Assembly: GCA_043826355.1 (NCBI GenBank)
Contig: JBDRQI010000031.1
Span: forward strand, 48,403-112,402
Length of the DNA: 64,000 bases
Direction of reading: 5' to 3'
DNA from: Candidatus Omnitrophota bacterium
GTDB lineage: Bacteria; Ratteibacteria; UBA8468; MWAK01
Below are positions 29,949-38,528 of this stretch, one piece after another. The notes under the pieces were generated by a model. That model ran no database searches, had not been told where the DNA came from, and was given only the letters and a program-made list of their open reading frames with translations. Made by a program: the position numbers and the translations under genes. How positions within the stretch are numbered: the stretch's first letter is position 1; every line of letters starts with the position of its first letter.

Positions 29949-30710
29949 ATGAAACAATGGTATGAAACACTATTTGAAAATTACGGGAAAAAATACGATA
30001 AAGAAGGTTTTACGCAGGGTACAATCGGAGAGTGTGATTTTATTGAAAAAGAAATTAATTTCGATAAATCGTTAAAAATAATAGATGTCGGATGCGGTAC
30101 AGGCAGACATTCAATTGAGCTAGCAAAAAGAGGCTACAAGGTAACAGGAATTGATTTATCTGATTCGCAGCTTGGGAGAGCAAAGGAAAAGGCAAAAACT
30201 AAAAATCTGCAAATAAACTTTCAGAAGCAGGATGCCAGAAAATTGCCATTTAAAAATGAGTTTGATCTGGCGGTTATGCTTTGTGGAGGAGGATTTCCTT
30301 TGATGGAAACGGATGAGATGAATTACGAAATACTGAAAAATGTATCTGATTCTTTAAAGGATAATGGCAAGTTTATTTTCACAACACTTAATGGATTATT
30401 CCCACTGTTTCATTCAGTTGAAAAATTCCACGCTTCAGTAACGGAAAAGGGAAATGCGACCTACAAAAGCAATACTTTTGATTTAATGACTTTTCGGGAG
30501 TACAGTACAATCAAATTCAAAGATGATTTTGGAAATAAAAAAGAACTGGAATGTAACGAAAGATATTATGTGCCATCCGAAATTACCTGGTTGTTGAAAA
30601 CATTAGATTTTAAAAAGATTGATATTTATGGAGCAAAACTTGGAACTTTCTCAAGAAATGACAAACTTAGAACTAAAGATTTTGCAATGTTGGTTATTGC
30701 TCAAAAATAG
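29949..30710 (+). CDS. Class I SAM-dependent methyltransferase
   Basis: IIDVGCGTGRH, GIDLS, DAR. Confidence 0.88.
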   Translation: MKQWYETLFENYGKKYDKEGFTQGTIGECDFIEKEINFDKSLKIIDVGCGTGRHSIELAKRGYKVTGIDLSDSQLGRAKEKAKTKNLQINFQKQDARKLPFKNEFDLAVMLCGGGFPLMETDEMNYEILKNVSDSLKDNGKFIFTTLNGLFPLFHSVEKFHASVTEKGNATYKSNTFDLMTFREYSTIKFKDDFGNKKELECNERYYVPSEITWLLKTLDFKKIDIYGAKLGTFSRNDKLRTKDFAMLVIAQK

Positions 30711-30840
30711 TAGTTTATTTCCTGTCAAAAGTAGAACCCTCCCGGTTAATCATCACAAGAATTTTTTTAATAGAAAGGGACAGGTTCGAACATCCCGTTA
30801 GGGTATTCTGAAGAACGTTGCAGGACAACAACCTTCAAAA

Positions 30841-30970
30841 CAGGGTGGCTAACGGGATTCGGCTGTCTCACTTCACTACGCTCGACTAGGCCACCCGCTG
30901 CCACTGCTCCTTAATCAGTCGCAGCGGCTTACTTCGCTCCCATCGAATCCCCGTTTTCAGGCGGGTTTGA
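30841..30970 (-). repeat. Small tRNA-linked element with a duplicated tRNA-His 3' end
   Basis: CAGGGTGGCTAACGGGATTCG at both 30841 and 30971. Confidence 0.8.
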
Positions 30971-30973
30971 CAG

Positions 30974-31045
30974 GGTGGCTAACGGGATTCGAACCCGTGC
31001 TGCAGGAGCCACAGTCCAGTGTGCTGCCATTACACCATAGCCACC
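30974..31045 (-). tRNA. tRNA-His (GTG)
   Basis: G(-1)GTGGCTA/TAGCCAC-C acceptor, anticodon loop CTGTGGC, GGTTCGAATCC T arm; CCA not encoded. Confidence 0.93.
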
Positions 31046-31305
31046 ATTTCTCCGACTCTATTTTAACACTGGAAAGACAATTACTTCAACAGGACGAGAT
31101 TGCCACGCTACAAATTACGTTCCTCGCAATGACGGGAATTATGATTTTTCAATTTCAGGAAAAAATGCTATAATATCGATGGAAGAGGTTACACTTTTAA
31201 CTTTATACGCACACCAAAACCCGCCTTCGCAATACAGACGCCTCGTGAACAAGCGGTTTTACCGTTACGAGACGCGCTTGCTACGGCGGACAAAGGAGGA
31301 GAAAA

Positions 31306-32277
31306 ATGGCGGTGAGTTATAAAGATTTGGGGTTGGCTAACACGACGGATATGTTTAAAAAGGCGCTGGCCGGAGGTTACGCGGTGCCGGCGTATAATTT
31401 CAACAACATGGAACAACTGCAGGCGATAATCTCCGCCTGCGTGGAATGCAAATCCCCGGTTATCCTGCAGATTTCAAAGGGTGCGCGACAGTATGCGAAC
31501 CAGACTTTGCTCCGGTATATGGTGCCTGGTGCGGTGGCGATGGCCAAAGAGATGGGCAGCAACATTCCCATCGCCCTGAATCTGGACCACGGGGATTCGT
31601 TTGAACTGGCCAAAAGTTGCGTCGATTACGGATTCTCGACCGTGATGATTGACGGTTCTTCCCTGCCCTACGAAGAGAACGTTGCCCTGACTAAAAAGGT
31701 GGTTGGATACGCTCACGAACACGACGTAACCGTTGAGGGGGAATTGGGGGTTCTGGCCGGTATTGAAGAACACGTTTCCTCGGAAGTAACCCACTACACC
31801 AAACCGGAGGATGTCCAGGACTTTGTAACCAAAACAGGCGTTGACCACCTGGCCATCTCCATCGGGACTTCGCACGGCGCATACAAGTTCAAACTGAAAC
31901 CGGGCGAATCGGTTCCGCCGCTGCGTTTTGACATTCTGGAGGAGTGCGAAAAGCGCTTGCCGGGATTCCCGATTGTTCTGCATGGCGCCTCGTCCGTACT
32001 GCAGAAGTATATAGACATCATCAACCAGTACGGCGGCAAGATGAAGAACACGGCCGGCGTACCGGAAGAACAAATCAGGAAAGCCGTCAAAACCAACGTC
32101 TGCAAGGTGAATATCGATTCCGACGGGCGACTGGTTATGACCGCCGTCATTCGGAAGTGCTTTGTGGAACACCCGGAAGAGTTTGACCCGCGCAAATACC
32201 TTGGCCCGGCCCGGGAAGAGTTGAAGAAGATGTATATCGCCAAGTGCGAACTTCTGGGAAGCAACGGGAAGGCGTAA
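31306..32277 (+). CDS. fba: Class II fructose-bisphosphate aldolase
   Basis: LDHG, VMIDGS, VEGELG, GTSHG, VLHGAS, FDPRKYL. Confidence 0.93.
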   Translation: MAVSYKDLGLANTTDMFKKALAGGYAVPAYNFNNMEQLQAIISACVECKSPVILQISKGARQYANQTLLRYMVPGAVAMAKEMGSNIPIALNLDHGDSFELAKSCVDYGFSTVMIDGSSLPYEENVALTKKVVGYAHEHDVTVEGELGVLAGIEEHVSSEVTHYTKPEDVQDFVTKTGVDHLAISIGTSHGAYKFKLKPGESVPPLRFDILEECEKRLPGFPIVLHGASSVLQKYIDIINQYGGKMKNTAGVPEEQIRKAVKTNVCKVNIDSDGRLVMTAVIRKCFVEHPEEFDPRKYLGPAREELKKMYIAKCELLGSNGKA

Positions 32278-32320
32278 ATAAAAGAACGGGATTGCCGCGG
32301 CAAACTAAACGCGGAACACT

Positions 32321-32403
32321 GTAGGGGGGGATTACATCCCCGCCCGCCAGAGGGGGACTTGGTGAAAATCAGCCCGTGGGAGGGGACAGAGTCCCTCCCC
32401 TAC
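32321..32403. repeat. GTAG-type REP doublet
   Basis: GTAGGG... hairpin and GGGAGGGGAC-AGA-GTCCCTCCCCTAC between convergent genes; related copy at 38336-38361. Confidence 0.6.
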
Positions 32404-32428
32404 ACAAAAATTCTTCAATGAGTTTAGA

Positions 32429-33175
32429 TCAGTAGGCGTAGAGACGGCCATAGGGCCGGCTGGTCTGGGAAATAAGTTTTCGGAAAGGAACCCGGAGAAT
32501 CGCCGCAAGGTCCAGGTTGAAATCCCGGCAGAATTCCTCCAGGCAGGATCTAATCAGCGCGGCGTCGTCATCGCCGAAAGGCGACTCGCTCACCTCTTTG
32601 CCCAGAAAGTTTTCCGGCACCGGACCCCGCAGGTAAATGGTGCCTCCGTGCATGCCGGTCCCGAGAAACTTGCCCACCAGCGGCCTTGGCTCTTCGGGAA
32701 CGCCTAAAACGATAATGATGCCTCCGGACAAGTATTCCCCCAGGTAATCCCCGGCTCTGCCTCCAACAATGATTACCGGAAACTTGTCCTGATAGGATTT
32801 GGCGTGGATGCCCCCGCGCCAGCCGATGTCTCCCCGGACGAATATCTTCCCGCCCCGGGCGGAATGACCAAGCAGGTCGCCGGAATTTCCGAAGATGGTT
32901 ATCTTGCCGCCTGAGATGGTATTGCCCACCCCGTCTTCCCCGTTTCCATGGAGATAGATTTCCGGTCCGTCCATAAAAACGGCCAGGTCGTTGCCGGCAA
33001 TCCCGTCTATTTCAATACGCACTTTGTCTCTAAGACCGGCGGCGATAAAACGCTGTCCCAGCACGTTCTTAAGCCGGATATCTTTCTTCCCGGAAATGAT
33101 CGCCCGGCGCAGGTTCTCGTTTAAAGTCCGGTGCGTCATTCCGGCCGCATCAATCTCCGCCATATTTATCATCAT
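32429..33175 (-). CDS. Glutamate synthase GXGXG (alpha C-terminal) domain subunit
   Basis: NVLGQRFI, repeated GxxG motifs, GTGMHGG. Confidence 0.85.
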   Translation of the reverse strand: MMINMAEIDAAGMTHRTLNENLRRAIISGKKDIRLKNVLGQRFIAAGLRDKVRIEIDGIAGNDLAVFMDGPEIYLHGNGEDGVGNTISGGKITIFGNSGDLLGHSARGGKIFVRGDIGWRGGIHAKSYQDKFPVIIVGGRAGDYLGEYLSGGIIIVLGVPEEPRPLVGKFLGTGMHGGTIYLRGPVPENFLGKEVSESPFGDDDAALIRSCLEEFCRDFNLDLAAILRVPFRKLISQTSRPYGRLYAY

Positions 33176-33183
33176 TTCTCACG

Positions 33184-34485
33184 CTATACCTCTATTCCCT
33201 CTCCTTTGACCAGATGCTTCTGGTAGTCGGAAGGCAGGTAAATCAGCCCGAAATCTTCGTCGAGCAACTTATCCTTGAAAGAACCCACTTCAACCCTTTC
33301 TTTAATCAGTCCGGTATAAATACCGGAGCGTTCGATCTTACCGATGAAGATGTACCCGACAACCAGGTTGTTCTTGACCAGAATCTTGCGGTAAATCTTC
33401 TTCTCCGGCTGATAATCGGAAAATACCTCGGCTTCCGCATCCTCGGTAATACCGACGGAAATTGTCGGCAGGTCAAGAATTTCCATGGCGTTCATAACCA
33501 AACCGCCCTTATATTCCGGCGCCGGCTGGTCTGGGCCGGACTTCGGCAAAGCCATGTTGGCACCGGCTACCTTGCCCTGCCGGAACGCTTCCGGCCAGAG
33601 CGGCAGCGGGTGTCTTGCCCCGGACATAAGGTTTTGGGTCTGAACACAGTCGCCGGCGGCAAAGATATCCGGCGCGGCGGTCAGCATCGACAGACTGGTA
33701 ACGATACCCCGTTCCACCGCCGCACCCGTCCCTTCCGCCAGTTCGGCCCGAGGCCGGACACCGATCGCCAATATCGCTAGGTCAACCGGGACTTCGCCTC
33801 CCTTTTTCAAAGAGGCCTTCTTGACTTTTCCTTCTTTTCCTTCGAACGAAACCACGGTGTCTTCCGTCACTATCTTCACGCCTTTGCCGAAAAGGTGACC
33901 CGCCAGGATTTCCGAGGCCTTCCGGTCAAAAGTCGTGGAAAGAAGCGAAGGCGCCAACTCCACTATCCGGACCCGGCAGCCCAAACGGGCAAAGGTTTCA
34001 GCCGTTTCCAGGCCGATGAGTCCACCGCCTAAGACCAACACATCCCTGACCTGGTTTGCCTTCAGGTGTCTTTTAATCCGCTCAACCTCTGCCACGCAGA
34101 GAAAAGTGAAAATACCGTCCAGGCGGAGGCCTTTTATTTTAGGCCGGAACGGAACGGAGCCGGTTGACAGCAGGAGTTTTCCGTAATTCAACCGCTCGCC
34201 CCCTTCCAGAAGCGCATTCTTTTTTTCCGGGTCGATACGGGTGACTTTTTTGCCCAGTTTAACTTCCAGCCGGTTTTCCCGAAAAAAATCCTCCCGGCGG
34301 AAAAACAACCTTTCCAACGGGAATTCACCGGAAAGATAGCGCGGCAGAAGCGGGCGGGAATAGGAAGAGATATTCTCTTCGGAAACCATCAGGATGGAAC
34401 CGTCCTTATCCCGGCGCCGGATCTCTTCTCCGGCGGCAACCGCAGCCGCGGAATTACCTACAATCAGATAATCAACCATTCTCAT
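33184..34485 (-). CDS. FAD/NAD(P) oxidoreductase of the split GOGAT cluster
   Basis: GNSAA, GGGLIG, AAGDC. Confidence 0.85.
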   Translation of the reverse strand: MRMVDYLIVGNSAAAVAAGEEIRRRDKDGSILMVSEENISSYSRPLLPRYLSGEFPLERLFFRREDFFRENRLEVKLGKKVTRIDPEKKNALLEGGERLNYGKLLLSTGSVPFRPKIKGLRLDGIFTFLCVAEVERIKRHLKANQVRDVLVLGGGLIGLETAETFARLGCRVRIVELAPSLLSTTFDRKASEILAGHLFGKGVKIVTEDTVVSFEGKEGKVKKASLKKGGEVPVDLAILAIGVRPRAELAEGTGAAVERGIVTSLSMLTAAPDIFAAGDCVQTQNLMSGARHPLPLWPEAFRQGKVAGANMALPKSGPDQPAPEYKGGLVMNAMEILDLPTISVGITEDAEAEVFSDYQPEKKIYRKILVKNNLVVGYIFIGKIERSGIYTGLIKERVEVGSFKDKLLDEDFGLIYLPSDYQKHLVKGEGIEV

Positions 34486-34499
34486 TTTTTACAGCACAA

Positions 34500-34663
34500 C
34501 GAGGATGTTTGGTAAGCAAAACTTGCGGAGCAACAGTGCAAAACAAGCAAAATGACGGCATGAGTAGCCGGAGCCCGCCTCAGGCGGGAATACGGCGAGG
34601 CTCGTGCCGGAATTGCGTAGATTTTGCCTGATGCGCAACTCCGTTTTGTGAACCAAATACCCG
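34500..34663. repeat. Palindromic MITE-like element, copy 1
   Basis: Imperfect terminal inverted repeat GGATGTTTGGT/ACCAAATACCC; homologous to 35143-35313. Confidence 0.7.
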
Positions 34664-34669
34664 AGAGAA

Positions 34670-35095
34670 TTATTCATAAGTCAGCGCTTCGTTGGGACAG
34701 TTCTTCACGCAGACCGGTTCACCCTCGCAGAGGTCGCACTTGGAGGCGATCCGGCGGTCCTTGCGGTTGGTGCGGATGACGCCGAGCGGACAGACCATGA
34801 CGCACATCCAGCACCCAACGCACCGGTTTTCGTCGCAGAGGATGGCGCCATTCTTGTCCCGGTACATCGCGCCGGTCGAACAGGCATACAGACATGGAGC
34901 GTCTTCACAGTGGCGGCACTGCACCGCAAAAGAAAAAGAACCTTTTTCTTCCACGAAGAGCCGCGGAACCGGCTTAAGGCCTTCCTCGCGGAACGCCTTG
35001 ATTAATTTCCGGCTCTTGGAATGCTGGACAAAACAATAAATCTCGCAGAGCCGGCAGCCGATGCAGTATTCCTCTTTCGCCCTAATCCTTTTCAT
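34670..35095 (-). CDS. 4Fe-4S dicluster protein
   Basis: CIGCRLC, CRHC..PC, CVGCWMC..CP, KCDLC. Confidence 0.9.
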   Translation of the reverse strand: MKRIRAKEEYCIGCRLCEIYCFVQHSKSRKLIKAFREEGLKPVPRLFVEEKGSFSFAVQCRHCEDAPCLYACSTGAMYRDKNGAILCDENRCVGCWMCVMVCPLGVIRTNRKDRRIASKCDLCEGEPVCVKNCPNEALTYE

Positions 35096-35142
35096 CTTCT
35101 TTTTATTTTAACACAAATTTAATTTAAATTTTTTCTTAAAAA

Positions 35143-35313
35143 GAGGGTGTTTGGCCAAGTAAAACTTCACGGAGTGTCAGTAACAAAACAAGCAGTACGA
35201 GTGGATGAGTATCCGGGGCCCGCCGGCTTTCTTGGCGGAAACACGGAGAGTCTCATTCACAAGTTGCGTAGTTTTGTCTGACACGCAGGGCGTTTTACGG
35301 ACCAAACACCCTC
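35143..35313. repeat. Palindromic MITE-like element, copy 2
   Basis: Perfect 12-bp terminal inverted repeat GAGGGTGTTTGG/CCAAACACCCTC. Confidence 0.75.
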
Positions 35314-35316
35314 GCG

Positions 35317-36804
35317 TTACCATCCTTCGCCCGCGTGTTTCACCCCCAGAATCTCCATCTCTTTTTCGGTCAGGCCGATACCGCGCAATTGTTCCCGGTT
35401 GCCCCTCAGACTCTCCAGAGCGTTGATGCCCATCCCGCCCAGCATCTCCTTTATTTCCATCTTCCAGGCGCGTAAAAGGTTGGTCAGGCGGCGGGCGCCC
35501 ACTTCCGGGTTAAGCCGCTTGGTAAGGTACGGGTCCTGGGTGGCGATACCCCAATTGCACTTTCCGGTGTAACACTTCTGGCAGATGTGGCAGCCCAGGG
35601 CCACCAGGGCGGCGGTGCCGATATAAACCGCGTCCGCGCCCAGGGCGATCGCCTTGACCACGTCCGCGCTACTGCGGATGCCGCCGGCTACTATGATTGA
35701 CGCCTGGGGCCGGATGCCTTCCCGGCGTAACCGGTTGTCAACCGCAGCCAACGCCAGTTCAATGGGAATGCCGACGTTGTCGCTGATTACCATCGGGGCG
35801 GCACCGGTGCCGCCCCGAATGCCGTCGATGCAGATGATATCGGCGCCGGCGCGAACCGCGCCGCTGGCAATGGCAGCCACGTTATGTACCGCGGCAATCT
35901 TAACCGCCACCGGCTTGCAGTATTCGGTCGCCTCCTTCAAAGCAAAAATCAGTTGTTTCAGGTCCTCAATGGAATAGATGTCGTGGTGTGGCGCCGGGGA
36001 AATGGCATCTGTTCCTTCCGGAATCATCCGGGTGGCGGAAATTTCCGCGGTTACTTTTTCTCCGGGCAAATGGCCGCCGATGCCCGGCTTGGCGCCCTGA
36101 CCGATCTTAATCTCAAGAGCAGCCGCCTGTTCCAGGTACTCCGGACTGACGCCAAACCGGCCGCTGGCCACCTGGCAGATAGCCCGGTCGTTGTAAGAAT
36201 AAAGTTCTTTGGGCAATCCACCTTCACCGGTGTTCCAATAGATTCCGGCTGCTCTGGCAGCCCAGGCAAGACTCCGGCAGGTATTCAAACTGATGGAACC
36301 GTAACTCATCGCCGAAAAGAGCACCGGCATCTCCAGACGTAATTGGGGCGACAAATCTTCCTCCTCCTGAAAGGAAACCGGCTTGCGTCCCAGGTAAGTG
36401 CGCAATTCCATCGGTTCCCGCAAAGGGTCAATGGAAGGATTGGTTACCTGGGCCGCATTCAAAAGCAGGTGGTCCCAATAAATGGTGTAAGGCCGGCCGG
36501 TTCCCATCGCCGATAGAACCACCCCGCCCACCTCCGACTGTTTTTGAATCGCCAGAAAGAAACCGGATTGCCAGTTGCTATTATCTTTAATCAATCGTTC
36601 CTTCTGGACTATCTTCAAGGCGCCGGTCGGACAAAGAACTTCGCACCGGTGGCAGCCGACACAGAGACGGCTATCGCTTTCCACCGCACCATCACTATCA
36701 GTATGCGTGTCAAAAGCACACTGTCTCGCGCAGGCAAAGCAGGAAATACATCGTTCCTTGTCGCGTACCACCTCAAATTCCGCGGAAGTAAGTTTCAACG
36801 CCAT
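35317..36804 (-). CDS. Glutamate synthase FMN-binding subunit with N-terminal ferredoxin
   Basis: AMSYGSIS, NTGEGG, QVASGRFG, EIKIGQGAKPG.GG.LP, PHHDIYSIEDL. Confidence 0.92.
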   Translation of the reverse strand: MALKLTSAEFEVVRDKERCISCFACARQCAFDTHTDSDGAVESDSRLCVGCHRCEVLCPTGALKIVQKERLIKDNSNWQSGFFLAIQKQSEVGGVVLSAMGTGRPYTIYWDHLLLNAAQVTNPSIDPLREPMELRTYLGRKPVSFQEEEDLSPQLRLEMPVLFSAMSYGSISLNTCRSLAWAARAAGIYWNTGEGGLPKELYSYNDRAICQVASGRFGVSPEYLEQAAALEIKIGQGAKPGIGGHLPGEKVTAEISATRMIPEGTDAISPAPHHDIYSIEDLKQLIFALKEATEYCKPVAVKIAAVHNVAAIASGAVRAGADIICIDGIRGGTGAAPMVISDNVGIPIELALAAVDNRLRREGIRPQASIIVAGGIRSSADVVKAIALGADAVYIGTAALVALGCHICQKCYTGKCNWGIATQDPYLTKRLNPEVGARRLTNLLRAWKMEIKEMLGGMGINALESLRGNREQLRGIGLTEKEMEILGVKHAGEGW

Positions 36805-36810
36805 AAAAAT

Positions 36811-36873
36811 TGTCATTCTGAACGAAGTGAAGAATCTAAAACTACGAGACCCTTCGCTTTGCTCAGGGTGACA
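36811..36873. repeat. REP-like palindrome
   Basis: TGTCATTCTGAACGAAGTGAAG...CTTCGCTTTGCTCAGGGTGACA. Confidence 0.7.
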
Positions 36874-36881
36874 TCTAAGTT

Positions 36882-38318
36882 TTAAATATCAAAATAGAGA
36901 TAGAACTCGTACGGATGGGGCCGCAGAGAAACCGGCGCCAATTCCCGTTCTTCCTTATATTCAACCCAGACGTCAATTACGTCTTTGGTGAAAACCCCGT
37001 CCTCCAGCAGATACTTGTGGTCTTTTTTCAGGGCGGCCAGCGCCTCGGCCAAAGAACCCGGCACGGTCGGAACAGTGCTCTTGCCCGACTCAACCGCTTC
37101 GTAGGTATTGTAGTCACAGGGCTTGCCCGGGTCGATGCGGTTGCGTATCCCGTCAATACCGGCCATCAGCATCGCGCTGAACGCCAGGTATGGGTTGGCG
37201 GCGCAGTCCGGGGGCCGGAATTCAATCCGCTTGCTCTTGGGGCTGTCGGTATAGACCGGTATCCGAATCGCGGCGCTCCGGTTCCGCGCCGAGTAGGTCA
37301 GGTTGACCGGCGCTTCGTAACCGGGCACCAGCCGCTTGTAAGAGTTGGTGGTAGGCGCGCAAAAAGCCATCAAACTGTCGGCGTGCTTCAATAGACCGCC
37401 GATATAATGACGCGCCGTTTCGCTGGTAAGCGCGTAGCCCTTAGGGTCAAAAAAGATGTTCTTGCCGCCCTTCCAAAGCGACTGGTGGGTATGCATGCCG
37501 CTGCCGTTGTCTCCGAAAAGCGGTTTGGGCATAAAGGTCGCCACCAGTCCCTTCTTTTTGGCAATATTTTTAACGATGTATTTATACATCAAGCACTTGT
37601 CGGCTACCCGCACCAGCGTATCAAACTTCATGTCAATTTCCGCCTGGCCCCCAGTTGCCACCTCGTGGTGGTGCACTTCAATCGGAATTCCGGCCGTAAT
37701 CATAGCCAGCACTATCTCGCTGCGCAGGTCCTGCTGGGAGTCGTGCGGCGCCACCGGGAAATATCCTTCCTTGAAGCGCGGTTTGTACCCCAGGTTTGGT
37801 CTCTCCTCCTTGCCGGAGTTCCACTCGCCTTCCGCGGAATCAATAAAGTAATAGCCGCTGTTTTCGGCCTGGTCAAAACGGATGTCGTTGAAGATGAAGA
37901 ACTCCATCTCCGGACCCCAGTAACTCTTGTCGGCAATCCCGGTCTGACGCAGGTATTCGGCCGCTTTCTTGGCGATGTAGCGGGGGTCCCGGCTGTAGGG
38001 TTTGCGGCTTATCGGGTCAAAGATATCGCAAATCATGCTCAGCGTCTTCACCTCGCAGACCGGGTCAATCACCGCGGTATCCGGGTCCGGGATGAGAATC
38101 ATGTCGCTCTCCTGAATCTTCTGAAAACCCCGGATGCTGCTGCCGTCAAACCCGATGCCCTCCGTAAAGATGGTCTTGGTGGTTAAATCGTCCAGTTCGG
38201 TCAGTTCACTGGCCGGAATACTGAAATGCTGCCAGAGGCCCGGCAAATCGTTAAACTTCAAATCAACAAACTTAACGTCGTTCTCTTTCACCATCTTCAA
38301 TACTTCCGCTGCTTTCAT
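36882..38318 (-). CDS. glnA: Glutamine synthetase type I
   Basis: FDGSSI, HHHEVA, TFMPKP..DNGSGMH, RLVPGYEAP, RIEFR. Confidence 0.96.
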   Translation of the reverse strand: MKAAEVLKMVKENDVKFVDLKFNDLPGLWQHFSIPASELTELDDLTTKTIFTEGIGFDGSSIRGFQKIQESDMILIPDPDTAVIDPVCEVKTLSMICDIFDPISRKPYSRDPRYIAKKAAEYLRQTGIADKSYWGPEMEFFIFNDIRFDQAENSGYYFIDSAEGEWNSGKEERPNLGYKPRFKEGYFPVAPHDSQQDLRSEIVLAMITAGIPIEVHHHEVATGGQAEIDMKFDTLVRVADKCLMYKYIVKNIAKKKGLVATFMPKPLFGDNGSGMHTHQSLWKGGKNIFFDPKGYALTSETARHYIGGLLKHADSLMAFCAPTTNSYKRLVPGYEAPVNLTYSARNRSAAIRIPVYTDSPKSKRIEFRPPDCAANPYLAFSAMLMAGIDGIRNRIDPGKPCDYNTYEAVESGKSTVPTVPGSLAEALAALKKDHKYLLEDGVFTKDVIDVWVEYKEERELAPVSLRPHPYEFYLYFDI

Positions 38319-38368
38319 TTTTTCTCCCCGGAAATGTAGGGGAGGGGTTGTATCCCCTCCCACCCAAT

Positions 38369-38528
38369 AAAAAAGGCGTCTTCTCCCCGTTGAGGGAAAG
38401 ACGCCTTCGTCCTTAAAATAAAAATGCCTCCGAAGCAACATCGCCCTTTCGAGCAACTCTGCCTTAGGAGGCTTCCTTGCCTCTAAATTCTTTGGAAATA
38501 ATATACCACATTAACTCTTCTTTGTCAA
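38369..38528 (-). promoter_or_regulatory. glnA promoter (TTGACA-17-TATATT) and leader with two terminators, each overlapped by an ANTAR-like hairpin
   Basis: AGGC-AAGGAA-GCCT and GAC-GAAGGC-GTC overlap terminator stems followed by U runs. Confidence 0.7.

Noticed and set aside
31230..31289. Riboswitch in the fba leader
   Set aside because: A long imperfect hairpin is present, but there is no known aptamer consensus or terminator.
38319..38456. N-terminal extension of glnA in the ORF track (and similarly 42352-42387 of the GATase)
   Set aside because: These run through terminator and REP sequence; homology starts at MKAAEV for glnA.
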